Shown: positions 37,946-51,549 of the stretch, piece after piece
How the letters are laid out: the number at the start of each line of letters is the position of its first letter
How positions within the stretch are numbered: position 1 is the stretch's first letter
Origin: Amphiscolops sp. MND2022
Lineage: Eukaryota
Direction: 5' to 3'
Length of the DNA stretch: 60,000 nt
NCBI GenBank assembly: GCA_964187785.1
Contig: OZ076409.1
Location: 26,104,001 to 26,164,000 of the forward strand
The notes under the pieces: model-generated
Databases searched by the model: none
Seen by the model: the letters and a program-made list of their open reading frames with translations, nothing else
What the model was told of the DNA's origin: nothing
Made by a program: the position numbers and the translations under genes

Positions 37946-40900
37946 ACTCATTAATACATACAAACAAAAAGCATTGTTACATAGAACTTCGACTTCTGAA
38001 GTCACTTCAGGAACCACCACCAGTAAAATGAAACTGCCAAAACAACAATTGCCAAGTTTTACAGGCTCTTACACTGAATGGATTTCATTCATAGATCTTT
38101 TTAGAGCATCCGTAGATTCAAATATGCAATTAACCAAGTCAGAAAAGTTGAACTATCTTCGAGCATGTATCAAGGGAGACGCTGCAAAACTTATAAGCTC
38201 GCTTATGATTACAGATGCCAATTATGAACACGCCTTGACTCTCCTGCGAGATAGGTACGAAAACAAGCGTTGCATTGTGCAAGCGCATTTGAAAGTGATA
38301 TGGTCTCAACCTAGCATGAAGTGTGAATCTGGTCTAGGGTTGCGCAAAATTCTAGAGACAACAAACGAACACTTGAGATCTCTAGAAGAACTAGGAGAAC
38401 CAACACATGCGTGGAACTCATTGTTGATTTTTTGGATTACGGAAAAATTAGATAATGAATCGAAAAAACAATGGCAATTGGCCCATCCAGGCACGGATCT
38501 TCTACAGTGGCAAGACCTCGTGAAGTTTTTAGATTCCCGAAGTCGAGCTCTCGAACTTGGTAATGTTAAGGAATGTTCCCAAGCCCAAACGAGCAACACT
38601 AACAATTCAAAGCAAGACCGTAGAATCCAATCTTACTCAACAGTAAGTGTCTGTAACGAATCGTGTTCTGAGCCTCATAAAATTCATGCGTGTCCGAATT
38701 TTGAAAGCCTGTCAGTTTCTGATAGAACAAAACTCGTAAGATCAAAACAGTTATGTTTCAATTGTTTGCAATCTGGTCATGGAGTGGGTGCATGTACCTC
38801 TAAGTATACTTGCAGAGAGTGCAAAATGAAGCACAACACTCTCTTGCATCGCGACAAGAGTTTGCAAGCAAACTCATCGTTTAAAAGAACGATCCAATCA
38901 AATGTTGCTAGCACTGAAACAATAAAGAAAAACCACGAAACCGTTGTAAATAGTCACTGCAACGCAACAACAGAATGCCGACTGCATTCTTCTCCTTCCC
39001 ATTCTTCGCCGTTTAACAATGTTTTGTTGTCAACAGCCTACGTTTCGCTTCGTGGTAAGGCCGGCAAAAAAATCTCGATGCGTGCACTTCTAGATTCTGG
39101 CTCGCAAGCTAGTTTTATAACCGAGGCTAAGGCGAGGGCCCTCATGCTTCTAATTGAAAAAACACAAATACCAATCGCTGCTCTCGGAGCTGCAAAAACG
39201 CAGAAAACTCTGGGCTTGATTGCAATGAAACTCAACGATGTTGTTCAGACCAATCTCCATGTAATTCCAAAAATTACGAACGACATACCTACAAAACCAA
39301 TTGATGTTTCACAATTGCGTCATGTCAACCATCTGCAGTTAGCAGACCCCACGTTCAATGTGCCAGGTAAAACAGACATTCTTCTAGGCGCTGATGTGCT
39401 TGAAGAAGTGATGTTAGATAATCGAATTAAAGACAATGGTGTCGTCATACCTGAATCTGTCTTTGGATGGATTGTTTCTGGACCTGTCCAAAAATCAGAA
39501 TCGGAAAACAGTTTTCCAATTTTATCCAATACGTCACTGATTGCATCTTCAAGCTGCATTGAAGACCTAATTTCAAAATTTTGGGAATTAGAAAGCGTTC
39601 CCGACAAAAAACATCTCTCAAACGAAGAGAAGGAATGTGAAATTCAATTCGATCAAACCACAAAGCGCAGAGATGATGGCCGATTCGTTGTTTAATTGCC
39701 ATTCAACGAGAAAATTGAAAAATTAGGCCTTAGTAAAGCAGCTGCGATGAAACGTTTCCTAAACTTAGAGAAAAAGCTCCTGAGCAACAAAAAATTACAC
39801 GAAGAGTACAGTAATTTCGTGAGAGAATTCATTGACTTAGGTCATTTAGAAAAAGTGCCTGAAAAAGAGTTAGAGACAAAAAGTTGCTATTACTTACCAC
39901 ATCACTGTGTTCTGAAATCGGACAGCACCACCACGAAGTTGAGGGTAGTTTTTGACGCGAGTGCGAAGACCACTTCAGGAATATCGTTGAATGAGTGTCT
40001 CATGGTAGGTCCTAAACTCCAGGATGACATTTTTGACATTTTGATTCGATTTCGCTTCTTCAAAATCGGGATGAGTGCAGATGTAGCTAAAATGTATCGA
40101 CAAGTCGAGCTCAATGAAAAACCTCGCGATTACCATAGACTGCTATGGCGGTTTGGTCCAAATGAAGACGTTCAAACGTACCGCATGACAAGAGTAACGT
40201 ATGGCGTAGCAAGCTCTTCCTACCATTCAATCCGTTAACTATCAGAATGTGCAAAGGCTGATGACACTCCAAGCGAAACGTCTAAGGCAATCCTAAGGGG
40301 TTTTTATGTCGATGACATTCTAACAGGAGCACCTAGTGAAGAGGAAGCTAAACAACTCCAGACAAGCCTGATCAACACTTTGAAAAAGGGACAATTCGAT
40401 TTGAGGAAGTGGACGTGTAGCGAACCGCAAGTCACGTTGTCTTTACCTCCAGAATATCGAGAGGGGAACGAAGACCTCAAATTCCTCCAAGACACACACC
40501 ATCAAAACATTGGGGATCGTGTGGAATCCGAAATTTGACGTATTTCATTTCAAAGTAAAACAAATTAACGAAGCAATTCCAGCAAAGGCACTTACAAAAC
40601 GGCAGGTCTTGAGTGACATAGCGAAAATTTTTGACCCACTGGGCTGGCTGTCGCCAATAAGCATCAAGTTGAAAAGCTTGATGCAAGAAATTTGGGTTGC
40701 CAAGTTGGATTGGGATGACAATCTTCCCGACAACTTAGCAGAAAACTACTTGGAATGGAGATCAAAACTGATAGATCTGAGAGAAATAAAACTTAACAGG
40801 TTCGTTCTCAAGGAGAAGCAAACAGATTTGGTTGCAATGCATGTCTTCTGTGACGCGTCAGAGACTGGTTATGGCGCTTGCATTTATGTAGTAGCCGCAG

Positions 40901-42906
40901 ATGAAAAGGGCGGGCGGAGAGCAACTCTGTTATCTGCCAAAGCAAAAGTTGCCCCTTTAAAAGCACAGTCAATTCCTCGTTTAGAACTGTGTGCAGCACT
41001 GCTAGGTTGTAAGTTATTGAAAGCAGTCTCAGAAAGTCTGAGCAAACTGAGTTTACGCATTGAACGGTTTTACGCCTGGACGGACTCAACAATAGTGTTA
41101 AGCTGGCTGGCGGCTGAAGCCAACTGCTGGTCAACGTTTGTAGCCAACCGAGTTGCAAAAATTCAAGAAATTGACTTCCTGGAATGGAATCACGTAGGTA
41201 CGCATGACAACCCAGCTGACATTGCGTCAAGAGGTATTGATCCATCGAAGTTGAAAAACTGTTCCTTGTGGTGATCAGGCCCTCAGTGGCTGACTACAGA
41301 AAACTTTCCCGAACCGTTTTCGCCGCAAGGCACAAGTGAAGAAAAGAAACACTGCGCTAGGACAATTCGAACCCTTGCAACGCAATTTCAAGAACCAAAA
41401 GATCACAGCGGTGATGTAATCAACTTAAGTGAGCAAAATTCTTTCCGAAAAACGCTTCGGATAGTAGTCCAAATTAGGCGATTCATTGATAAGTGTAAAC
41501 GCAAGAAAACAAATTGTAGTAATTTTCCAACGCCAATCGAGATGCAAGAAGCTTTAGAAACCTTACTACGCCAGGAGGAGTACAAGTTTTTCTCTACTGA
41601 AATTAAAACACTTGAGACAGAGAGACAAGTAAAGCCGCAGAGCAAACTGAGTAAACTTTATCCGTTCCTGCATGAAGGTATTCTGTGTGTGGGTGGCCGG
41701 TTAGCTCAAGCTGACCTTCCAGGCGAAACTAAGTATCCAAGACTGATTCCTGAGAAGAGCGAGTTAGCCAGACTGGTCATCTTAGACGCTCATCACTCCA
41801 CTTTACACGGAGGAGCCACACAAACTATTGCGCAAATAAGAACTCGTTTCTGGATACCAGGTTGCAAAAATCAAGTGCGAAAATTGATTCTGAATTGCGT
41901 GACATGTTCGCGTTTTTTTGGTAACAAGGAGGAACAGCTAATGGGTGACTTACCAAAAGAACGAATAAGTATACCGACTAGAGCTTTTGAGGACGTAGGA
42001 TTAGATTTCGGTGGTCCTTTTTACTTAAAAGTGTCCGGATCGGAAAACAACAAGGCCTATCTAGTGTTATTTGTCTGCTTTGCAAGTAAGGCTATACATT
42101 TGGAGCTGGTGTCAGACCTAACAACAAATGCTTGTATTGCGGCACTACGACGTTTCACGTCACGAAGGGGTTGTGCTCGGAAAATGTACTCAGATAATGC
42201 CACAAACTTTACTGGTTCACAATCTGAACTTGGAAAGTTGTAGAAAATCTTAAACGCAAAATACCAAGATTCTCTGCAGGCAGCAGCGGCTGGCCTTTTA
42301 ATTGAATGGAATTTAATACCTCCTAATGCCCCTCATTTTGGAGGCTTTTGGGAGGCTGGTATAAAAAGCGCGAAACATCATTTAGGGCGCACAGTGGGAA
42401 ATCACGTCCTAACTTTTGAAGAACTGAAAACTTTATTTTGTCAGGTTGAGAGTATTTTAAATTCGTGTCCGATTGGTGTTCTTTCCGAAGATCCAAAAGA
42501 CGGTGAAATTTTAACACCTGCGCACTTAATATGCGGAACGAAACTCGAAACTTTCCCGACAATAGAAACTCCAAGGAAAAACGATCTTGCCAATTGTACG
42601 TCAACAGCTAGATGGGCGCATATTCAAAACGTGCTCTTACATTTCTGGAAGCGTTGGCACAAAGAATACGTGACATCATTACAGGAAAGGAAAAAGTGGG
42701 GAAAGGAAGTTACCAATTTGAAAGTTGGTGATGTTGTCTTCATCACAGACGACAATGTGGCGCCTCTACAGTGGCCGTTGGGACGCATCTCATATGTATA
42801 TAGTGGTCCTGACAATTTTGTGCGAGTTGTCAAAGTTCGAACGCAATCTGGCATCTACAACAGAGCTGTACACAAACTCAAAAAACTGCCTCTACCTTCT
42901 GACTAA
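37621..42906 (+). pseudogene. BEL/Pao gag-pol with a few stops and frameshifts
   Basis: Gag (LPSFTGSYTEW, three Cys/His knuckles), PR (ALLDSGSQ), RT (YYLPHH, KLRVVFDAS, ADVAKMYRQ, YVDD), RH (FCDASE, IPRLEL, WTDS), IN (LDFGGP, SDNATNF, GPDNFVRV). Confidence 0.95.
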
Positions 42907-42984
42907 AAAACTTCTTACATATCTTGATCTGCTCTGATCTTCACAATCTCATTTTGATTCGAATGAATCAAGGCGGGCGGTGTA

Positions 42985-43503
<519 letters not shown>

Positions 43504-43567
43504 GAAAGACTTAATTCCCTTTGTATTAAAAGGCATGTTCTAAAAGGCGGTATAAGTGAAAAAAATT

Positions 43568-45907
43568 TCAAGCACGACAGATGCTACAAGAGCACTTAAT
43601 AAACCAAGTGCAAGAACGATTTATATCAAAGGAAGACACTCGATTATGAAGGTAAACAGAAAGGTCCCTTCTGAAGCTGTTGAAGTTATCCAAGACAGAA
43701 ATATTGATTGCTGATAGGTAGTTAGAGTAGCAGCAGATTCTCTGGAAGTAAGATTCCTGGGTTTTGAATTTGTGACAGGGGTTTACTGGGGAAAGATGGA
43801 TGAATTTGGAGCTTCTGAGATCTTTAGCAGGATGGCTAAAAACATATAAAGTCTTTAATATTTAGGTCATATTTGCCATGGATGGTCTTATTAAGGAAAA
43901 GCATGTCTTGGAAAACAAGATAGAAAGAAATTGGAAGTGTGTATGTTGCAGCAAGTTGTTCAAGATAGTTTGATAAACCAGTAACCCATTTCAGGCACTT
44001 CATGTTGAATAATTCCAATTTACGTCTGTAAATCAATGAAGGGTACCATATTTGGGAACCATATAGCAAGACACTCAGTACACAAAGACGATAGTAAAGT
44101 AGCTTTGTACGGGTACAAACAATTCGAGGCAGGTTTCGTTTCAAAAACTGGAAAGACTTCCTAGCTGCAATTAATTTAGATTGAATGTGCTTGTCCCAGG
44201 ATAAGTTGTCAGAAACCATGATACCCAAGTCTTTGATAGTATTTACAACTGGTAGTTCGTTGCCATCCAGGAAGAACGGGCCCATTAATTCTCTATTTTT
44301 GAAGGAGATAACGTTGCATTTGTCAATATTGAATCTCATTAGGTTTTCGCCCGACCAGTAAAGAAAACCGTTTATATCGTGCTGCATATCAGAAGTTGTC
44401 AAGACTGAGTGAAGTTTACTGTCATCGGCAAACAAGTAACTCGAGGATGTTTGTACTGTTTTGGGTAGATCGGTAATAAAGATAAGAAATAGAAGGGGGC
44501 CGAGCACGCTCCCCTGAGGAACACCACTTGTAAATTTTGCAGAATCAGAAAGACACCCATTTATGTATACCTTTTGAGATCTTTGATTTAGATAGGATTT
44601 GAAAAGCACCAAGAAATCGGAGTCAAAATTGAAAGAAGCCAATTTCTGTAGGAGTTTGTGATGACAGACCAGGTCAAATGCTTTGGAAAAGTCAAAATAG
44701 ACTGAGAAGCTGGGTCCATTCACATCAAGTTGATGATACAATTGGTCAAGATAAGGGAGTAATTGCGTAACTGTTGAACGATTTTTTAAAAAACCATGTT
44801 GTTGATCACAAATCAATGGTCGTATTTGGGGATAAATGAAACGAAATATAATTTTTTCAAGAATTAAGGATAGTTGAGGCAAATTGCTAATTGGACGATA
44901 ATTTTCCACATTTTCGGGGTTACCAGATTTGAGAATTGGCTTTATGGTAGAACATTTCCAGAAATCAGGCCACTGTTTTGATTTGATAATGGTATTAAAA
45001 AGCTGGGTGACAAGAGGTGCTAGTAGCCCAGGACAGGAGTTGAAAACGAACGTGGGAATGGGATCAGAGCTCGAACAATTAGAGGATGCACTGGAAAGTA
45101 ATGTTTCAACCATCGAAATTTCGACTGTCATATCCTGCAGAAACACCAGTGGATTATCAGCTATTGGTAAGAATGTTGAGTTGCTTGTTTGGTATACAGA
45201 GCTGAAGTAGGAATTGAAGAGGTTAGCGATATGAATATTGGTGCTAGCTTTGATATGTTTCCAATGCATCTGGTTAGGTAAATGATTAAGAGAGAAAGAG
45301 CGCAGGTACTTGAAGCAAGAGCGAGTCGAATTGGGTGATAGAGAAGGAAGAAGCTGAATACTTTGATGTTGTTTGAGAACTTTGGTTGGACAAGGGCTTA
45401 GACTTTCATCCACACAAACCGTAAAAAGTTCTGGAGTTGAAGTCAATATGATATCGAGTATGCTTCCGGACTTGTAAGTTGGTTCGAAAACAAGTGGCAG
45501 GAGATTTAAACTTTCGACTTTTTCCAATATTGCTTTAGAGTAATCAGAGTGTGCAGTGATTGTTGCCCAACAGACGTCCACCAAGTTAATGTCACCAAGG
45601 ATTGTGAAAGAATTCGAAGATACAAGATCGTCGTTGAAGTATGAGGAAATGCAGTCTATTAGTGAATCTGCTTGAATACGGTATGGAGAATTTGTGGGCG
45701 GGTTATAAATCAGTAGAAACATGTGAGAGCTGTATTCGTCAAATAAGTAGATGGCAGTTGAGTAGTCGTTTAGCTTTGAAACTTCTGAATGATTGAATTG
45801 AAATCCTTTTTTGGTAGCTATCAAAACCCCACCATGTTCCCAAGTTAATCGATCTTTTCTGGAGATTGTTGTATAATTGCTTTTTAGTGGAAAAATTTCA
45901 GAATCGT
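43568..45907 (-). pseudogene. LINE A ORF2 (APE + RT), main part; N-terminus at 49901-50036
   Basis: GDIN, YRPISNL, FDFSKAFD, GVPQGSVLGP, LFADD. Internal deletions and a frameshift at ~43836; Cys-rich end CTWFIKCSCSICRA*. Confidence 0.92.
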
Positions 45908-45910
45908 TGA

Positions 45911-46060
<150 letters not shown>

Positions 46061-46130
46061 AAGACTTAATTCCAAGATTATGGAGTTATAAAATACGTAC
46101 ATGTTCTGAATAAAACGAAAAACCGAAAGA

Positions 46131-48974
46131 CTATGAGCGACAAAACGAACAGTAGCATTTTATAAACAGTGAACAGGAGTTCGAGATATCAAAGTTTGAG
46201 ATCTTTGATAGAAGAAAGTTACGTAGCACCAGTTTGAAATGTTGCAGCGACATACTGAAATCAAGCACTTTTAGACTAATGAGAGCATTTGCTGCTCTAG
46301 TGGATCTGACAAAGAAGTTGCTTTCAGAGCCAACTTTTTTGGTTTTTGGAACATCAAAAAGCCCCAGAGTGGATGATCTTGTGTTCAGGGTACTCGTGCC
46401 AAGATTGTGATCGACATCAAGACAGCGATTTTGCAGTTTCCATAGCAGTATGAGGTCGTTTTCCGCAAGCTGAAAACACAAGGGTAGATAGGAATGACTC
46501 AAAAGGGCTGACTTATAACTTTTATCAGAACAAATCCATTTAAAAGCCCGCATTTGAAACTTTTCTAATTTTTTGAGGTAAGTAACTGAAGGCGACCATA
46601 CAGGAGATCCATATAGAAGAACAGATACTACCAAAGAATGGTAAAGTAATTTCTTTCTGGGACTAGCGGTAGAAAAAGGGATATTTCGACGCATAAAGTT
46701 AAAAACTCTGGTGCATTTGGCGAGTTTCGTTTCAATATGGTTCGTCCAGTCGAGGTTGGATGTGACAGTAAACCCAAGGTCTTCAATGCTCTTTTCAAAT
46801 GGCAATTCATTTGGACGAAGATTCAGCATTAAATCAGGCATTACATCCGAGAATGGAATACATTTACATTTCGAGGGATGAAAACTCAGACCATTTAAAA
46901 CAGACCAATGTAGAAGAGCATCAAGATCGCTTTGCATGAGTTGGAGGATACAGTCAAAATGTACTTTTAAATCATCAGCAAAAGCAAATGGGCATCCTTG
47001 TTCAATAGATTCCATCATGTCGTTGATAAACAGAATGAATAACAATGGTCCCAAAACACTTCCCTGAGGAACACCTGAAGGTACAGCAACTGGAGACGAG
47101 AGACTTTCTCTTACTTTGACAATTTGAAACCTGTTCGAAAGATAAGATTCCATTAGTTTGATGAAACCAGGACATAAACCGAAAAGCTTGAGCTTGGATA
47201 ATAGCAAATGATGAGGGACTGAATCGAATGCCTTTTGCACATCAAAATAGATAGACAAAGTGGGAGTATTGGAGTCCATGGCACGATAGACAAGATCTAA
47301 ATATGATATCATTTGAGTTACAGTGCTCCGGGCTTTCATGAAACCGTGTTGTTTCCTGTGAATTAGCTTCAAAACTTTGGGGTACAAAAAGTTGAAAATA
47401 ATCCGCTCCAGAATGAGTGAGAGTTTGCAAAGAATACTGATTGGGCGATAATTATCAATGGAAGATTTCGGGCCTTTTTTATGTAGTGGTGTTATGTGCG
47501 ATACTTTCCAAACATCAGGCCAAGTTCGATTTTTAAGTATATGTGTGAATAGTTCCAAAACAAGTGGAGCCAGTATATTTGATGCCTTATGAAGAACAAA
47601 CGAAGGCACTTGATCAGGACCCATAGAATTTGAATCATCGCATTTCAGCAGAAGTGTTTCCACTTCAATAAGTGAGACTTGGAGATCATCAATAAAAATA
47701 GAGGGTACAGTTTCAGTTTCTGATGCTGCGACAAAGTCAACTTTTGAACTAAACACTGAACTAAGGTATTTGTTGAAGGCATTTGCAATATCAGTGTCAG
47801 TGCAGTATTTTTGGTCGTTGTAATACATAACAGAGGGAATATGATTGCAAAAACCCAATTTTCGGAGCATACGAAAGCACTCAGTTGAAGAAGATGAGTT
47901 GAAACTATCCAGAAAGACAAGTTTATCTAATTCGATCGATTGGGATAGTGATAGATCTATTTCACGTTGTTTGAGAGCTAATTGAAACGACCAGAATCTG
48001 GACATTTTGCGAATGTTTGTATCTTTTTGATTCAGAAGATGAATCGTATGGGAGGAGTAGTAGATGGGAAAATTCCGACGACGTTTTCTTTTTTGTCTAA
48101 TAGAAATGAATAAAGAAGAGGACAAACGTGAATACCATTCAGATACAAAGTCAAAGACAGTGGAGGGCTGCATGAAACAAATCAGATCAAATAGAGGAGA
48201 TAGAGATTGATTGAAAATTGACTTATCGAAAGACGACTGTGAGTAGGAAGGTACAATAGGTATTTCATTATTCGTGCACTCGAGTGAAAAATAAATAGGA
48301 TAATGATCGGAAAAAAGATTTAGGTCCACCCAACAGTCAAGGTTGCTAGAGTCAGTTAGAATAAGGTCGAGGATATTACCCGCTTTATGAGTAGGTGAAT
48401 CAATAAACTGCGACAGGCAGAGCTCATTTACAGCTTCGAGGAAGGATAGCTCTTTTTCATTACTACTTGTCATAGTGTCCCAGTCAATATCGGGGAAATT
48501 GAAGTCACCAAGAACAAACGTTGAAAAGTCCCATTTGGGGTTTCCAACTTTTTCCACAAGTGTTTTCTGATATGCATGTATACATTCAATAATTTGCGCA
48601 ACATCGACTTTGTAATCAGAGGTAGATGGAGGATTGTATATAAGGATGAAAAGTTTCAACTCAGTCTCCGAAAGACAACAGCCAACAGAAAAAGGATATT
48701 GTTTGAGTGAGATATCCACAAGGGTTGAGCCGCAATGGTTTGATACTGCTATTAATATGCCTCCGTGTTGACCCTGAGGCCTATCGGAACGTGAGATAAT
48801 GGTGTAAGAAGAACCAAGAAAAATTTCCGAGTCAGAAATATTCTCATCCAGCCATGTTTCAGTAAGAAATACGAGAAAGAATGAATTTAAAGATAAGAGT
48901 TTTGCAAGTTTATGACGTTTGGATAGACTAAGAGTTGATCTGCAGTTCAGCAAGAGGCATGTTTTTTTTGCCAG
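46131..48974 (-). CDS. LINE B ORF2: APE endonuclease + reverse transcriptase (no ATG start; in frame with ORF1)
   Basis: LNCRS, LTETWL, GDFN, SDH; YRPISIL, QHGF, FDVQKAFD, GVPQGSVLGP, FADD. Uninterrupted for more than 940 codons. Confidence 0.96.
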   Translation of the reverse strand: MAKKTCLLLNCRSTLSLSKRHKLAKLLSLNSFFLVFLTETWLDENISDSEIFLGSSYTIISRSDRPQGQHGGILIAVSNHCGSTLVDISLKQYPFSVGCCLSETELKLFILIYNPPSTSDYKVDVAQIIECIHAYQKTLVEKVGNPKWDFSTFVLGDFNFPDIDWDTMTSSNEKELSFLEAVNELCLSQFIDSPTHKAGNILDLILTDSSNLDCWVDLNLFSDHYPIYFSLECTNNEIPIVPSYSQSSFDKSIFNQSLSPLFDLICFMQPSTVFDFVSEWYSRLSSSLFISIRQKRKRRRNFPIYYSSHTIHLLNQKDTNIRKMSRFWSFQLALKQREIDLSLSQSIELDKLVFLDSFNSSSSTECFRMLRKLGFCNHIPSVMYYNDQKYCTDTDIANAFNKYLSSVFSSKVDFVAASETETVPSIFIDDLQVSLIEVETLLLKCDDSNSMGPDQVPSFVLHKASNILAPLVLELFTHILKNRTWPDVWKVSHITPLHKKGPKSSIDNYRPISILCKLSLILERIIFNFLYPKVLKLIHRKQHGFMKARSTVTQMISYLDLVYRAMDSNTPTLSIYFDVQKAFDSVPHHLLLSKLKLFGLCPGFIKLMESYLSNRFQIVKVRESLSSPVAVPSGVPQGSVLGPLLFILFINDMMESIEQGCPFAFADDLKVHFDCILQLMQSDLDALLHWSVLNGLSFHPSKCKCIPFSDVMPDLMLNLRPNELPFEKSIEDLGFTVTSNLDWTNHIETKLAKCTRVFNFMRRNIPFSTASPRKKLLYHSLVVSVLLYGSPVWSPSVTYLKKLEKFQMRAFKWICSDKSYKSALLSHSYLPLCFQLAENDLILLWKLQNRCLDVDHNLGTSTLNTRSSTLGLFDVPKTKKVGSESNFFVRSTRAANALISLKVLDFSMSLQHFKLVLRNFLLSKISNFDISNSCSLFIKCYCSFCRS

Positions 48975-49847
48975 TCATTTTGTATCCACGGTAACAGGAG
49001 CTCCCTTGTAGTAGAGCTTCAAGTTTTTAATCTTGAAGTCTTCCCTGGACTTCCCTTCCTTTATCATTGAATAACGTTTGGACAAAACCTCTTTCTCTAT
49101 TGCACGTTTTTGAGACGACAAAAACTTTTTGATGTAAACAGCATTTTGGTAACTCTGTAGATGATAACTACGGGCGAAGCATTGTTTTAGGAACAGTGGG
49201 TTTGAGGTTGTTATGAGTAAAGGACGACATGCTCGTTTCTCTTTATTTGCTGGGTCATGACTTCTGCCTAACCTACGAATTTCGGATACGTTGCCATCAC
49301 TAGAGAGTCCCATATGTTTAAGAATTTTGTTCACTTCATCCACATCTTTTTCAATTTGTTTCAAGTAACTATCTTCGGTTTCAGTAGAGCCTGTGATAAC
49401 AAATTGCATTTCCTTTTTTTCTTTAACAAAATTGCCACCAACAACATCACTATACGAAGGAATGGAATCAGCGACAGCTTTTGAAACATTTTCTTTGAGA
49501 AGTAGAGGAACGGTGTCTTTTATGGCTTTTGGAATAAGCTCAGATATTGACGTGTTTACTTTTGTGCTAAAAGAATTAAAAAGTGAATTCAACTTAGCTT
49601 CGGTTTTTGCTGATGCTCCAATTAAGCAATCTCCCTTGTCCAGGCAGGCGTCGCAGCACCACAAGCAGTTTCGCTGAGTCCCCAGCCACTTCACACTGTC
49701 GATTGAGAGCCCTACACAATCACCGTGGAACCAGGAATTGCAATACTCGCATCCGATGCCCGATGAGTCGTCGTCTTCAACTGTTTTTTTACAGGTCACA
49801 CATTTGGTTGATGATTTGGAGCACAATCTCGGTCTTCGATTTGCCAT
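48975..49847 (-). CDS. LINE B ORF1 with N-terminal PHD finger
   Basis: CVTC..CEYCNSWFHGDC..WCCDAC; RRLG..RPLLI motif typical of CR1/L2 ORF1. Confidence 0.93.
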   Translation of the reverse strand: MANRRPRLCSKSSTKCVTCKKTVEDDDSSGIGCEYCNSWFHGDCVGLSIDSVKWLGTQRNCLWCCDACLDKGDCLIGASAKTEAKLNSLFNSFSTKVNTSISELIPKAIKDTVPLLLKENVSKAVADSIPSYSDVVGGNFVKEKKEMQFVITGSTETEDSYLKQIEKDVDEVNKILKHMGLSSDGNVSEIRRLGRSHDPANKEKRACRPLLITTSNPLFLKQCFARSYHLQSYQNAVYIKKFLSSQKRAIEKEVLSKRYSMIKEGKSREDFKIKNLKLYYKGAPVTVDTK

Positions 49848-49861
49848 AACGATATATGAAA

Positions 49862-49900
49862 CTATTTAATTATTTAATAAGGTTATCACAACAATTAGGC
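49862..49900 (-). other. Spliced-leader-like 5' terminus of LINE B
   Basis: GCCTAATTGTTGTGATAACCTTATTAAATA(ATTAAATA)G begins at the first base after the TSD and is shared with LINE A. Confidence 0.6.
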
Positions 49901-50340
49901 TGATAGATGGATAGAGCCAAGTTTCAGTTAGAAAGATGATATCTGGGGAATGAAGACTGAGATAATTCAGAAGTTTGAGGCGTTGCGAAACATCGATAAG
50001 GCTTTGGACATTGATAAGGCAAGATTTGATTTGCAGTCAATTTTGCAAGTTGACCTCAACACCATTTCTCATAAGTTTTAGACCTTTGATTCGCAATTCT
50101 TCTTTGGGGACGTTTTCATTGTTAATCATTTGATATCTTTTTTCTAACAGTTTACGTCTCGTTGCTTGGTCTTCCTTATTTAGCGATTTAGAAAAGTAGA
50201 GTTGCACAGGGTATGATTTCAGTTTGTAAGCTTTCGATAAACTTTTGCGAGCATCCCGTTCAGAGGTAAAACGTACAAGCAGGGGCCTGGGTCTTTTTGA
50301 ATCACGCTGAGGACGTCCAAGCCGACGGGTTGTTTCAATG

Positions 50341-50690
50341 GGGTGGCTGTAAATAGGTCGAATTTTTCTGGTCGAAAAGACTGAGGTCGAACCTTTTGAT
50401 CGAATTACAGGGATCGAATGGAATGCGGTCGAATTTTATCGTATTTGTTGTATGGCTCGGTCGCTTTGCTCCCTTCGCCAAGTAGCAACATTGAGGCATG
50501 GCCATATGGCACGTCGCTCCGCTTCGCTTCGCTCCTGCATTCAGGGCACTAGGGGTATCTGAACATATCTGACTACGTTATAAAAATTTCGATCCGAGTT
50601 GTTTCGATCCCATTCAAAAATTTGGTATTGTCGACCTGAGGACTAACTCTGATTTTCGATCCCGTTCCTTCGGCCTATTTCCGCCCACCC
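50341..50690. mobile_element. ~350-bp MITE, copy 2
   Basis: TIRs GGGTGGCTGTAAATAGG / CCTATTTCCGCCCACCC; perfect TSD GTTTCAATG. Confidence 0.95.
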
Positions 50691-51167
50691 GTTTCAATGG
50701 ATAACATGGGTTCACCAATATGTTGGAAGACCTCCTTCAACTTAAAGTCATCGGCTTCAAAAGAGGAATGAAAGTCACCCTTATCCTCAACAAGTCCACT
50801 TATTAGAATCTCACGACAAGTGGTTTCTCCACTAGGGGGAGCTTTTGGCACTTTATGGGTAGGTTCAAGTTTTGTTTTAATTTCATCAAGAGAATTTTGA
50901 ATTGATTTAACCGAGATTTTAAATTCTTTCTCAGCAATCAAAGAATTCAACTTAGCTTCGGATGTGAAAACATCATCGTTGTGGCAAACACTACAGATCC
51001 AGAGACACCCTCTGATTCTGCCCATCACAGTGACATCATCTTGAGAGAGACCAGCACATGAGCAGCCATGATACCAAACACCACAAGAGTCACAAGCAAT
51101 GCCAGACGGGTCCTCATCCTTCACCATTTTCTTGCAGGATCCACACTTGGATGCCGACGTAGATGTT

Positions 51168-51518
51168 GGGTGGCTGTAAATAGGTCGAATTTTTCTGGTC
51201 GAAAGGACAGAGGTCGAACCTTTTGATCGAATTGCAGAGATCGAATGGAATGCGGTCGAATTTTATCGTATTTGTTGTATGGCTCGGTCGCTTCGCTCCC
51301 TTCGCCAAGTAGCAACATTGAGGCATGGCCATAATGGCACGTCGCTCCGCTTCGCTTCGCTCCTGCATTTAGGGCACTAGGGGTATGTGAACATATCTGA
51401 CTACGTTATAAAAATTTCGATCCGAGTTGTTTCGATCCCATTCAAAAATCAGAGTATGTCGACCTGAGGACTAACTCTGATTTTCGATCCCGTTACTTCG
51501 ACCTATTTCCGCCCACCC
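51168..51518. mobile_element. ~350-bp MITE, copy 3
   Basis: Same TIRs; perfect TSD GTAGATGTT. Confidence 0.95.
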
Positions 51519-51549
51519 GTAGATGTTTTGTTTGTCATTTCACCGGAAA

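Larger units (their letters stand above)
50037..51538 (-). pseudogene. LINE A ORF1 (PHD finger), interrupted by two MITEs
   Basis: MTNKTST|SASKCGSC..CDSCGVWYHG..WICSVC; RRLGRP..RPLLVRF; TGA at 50039-50037. Confidence 0.9.
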
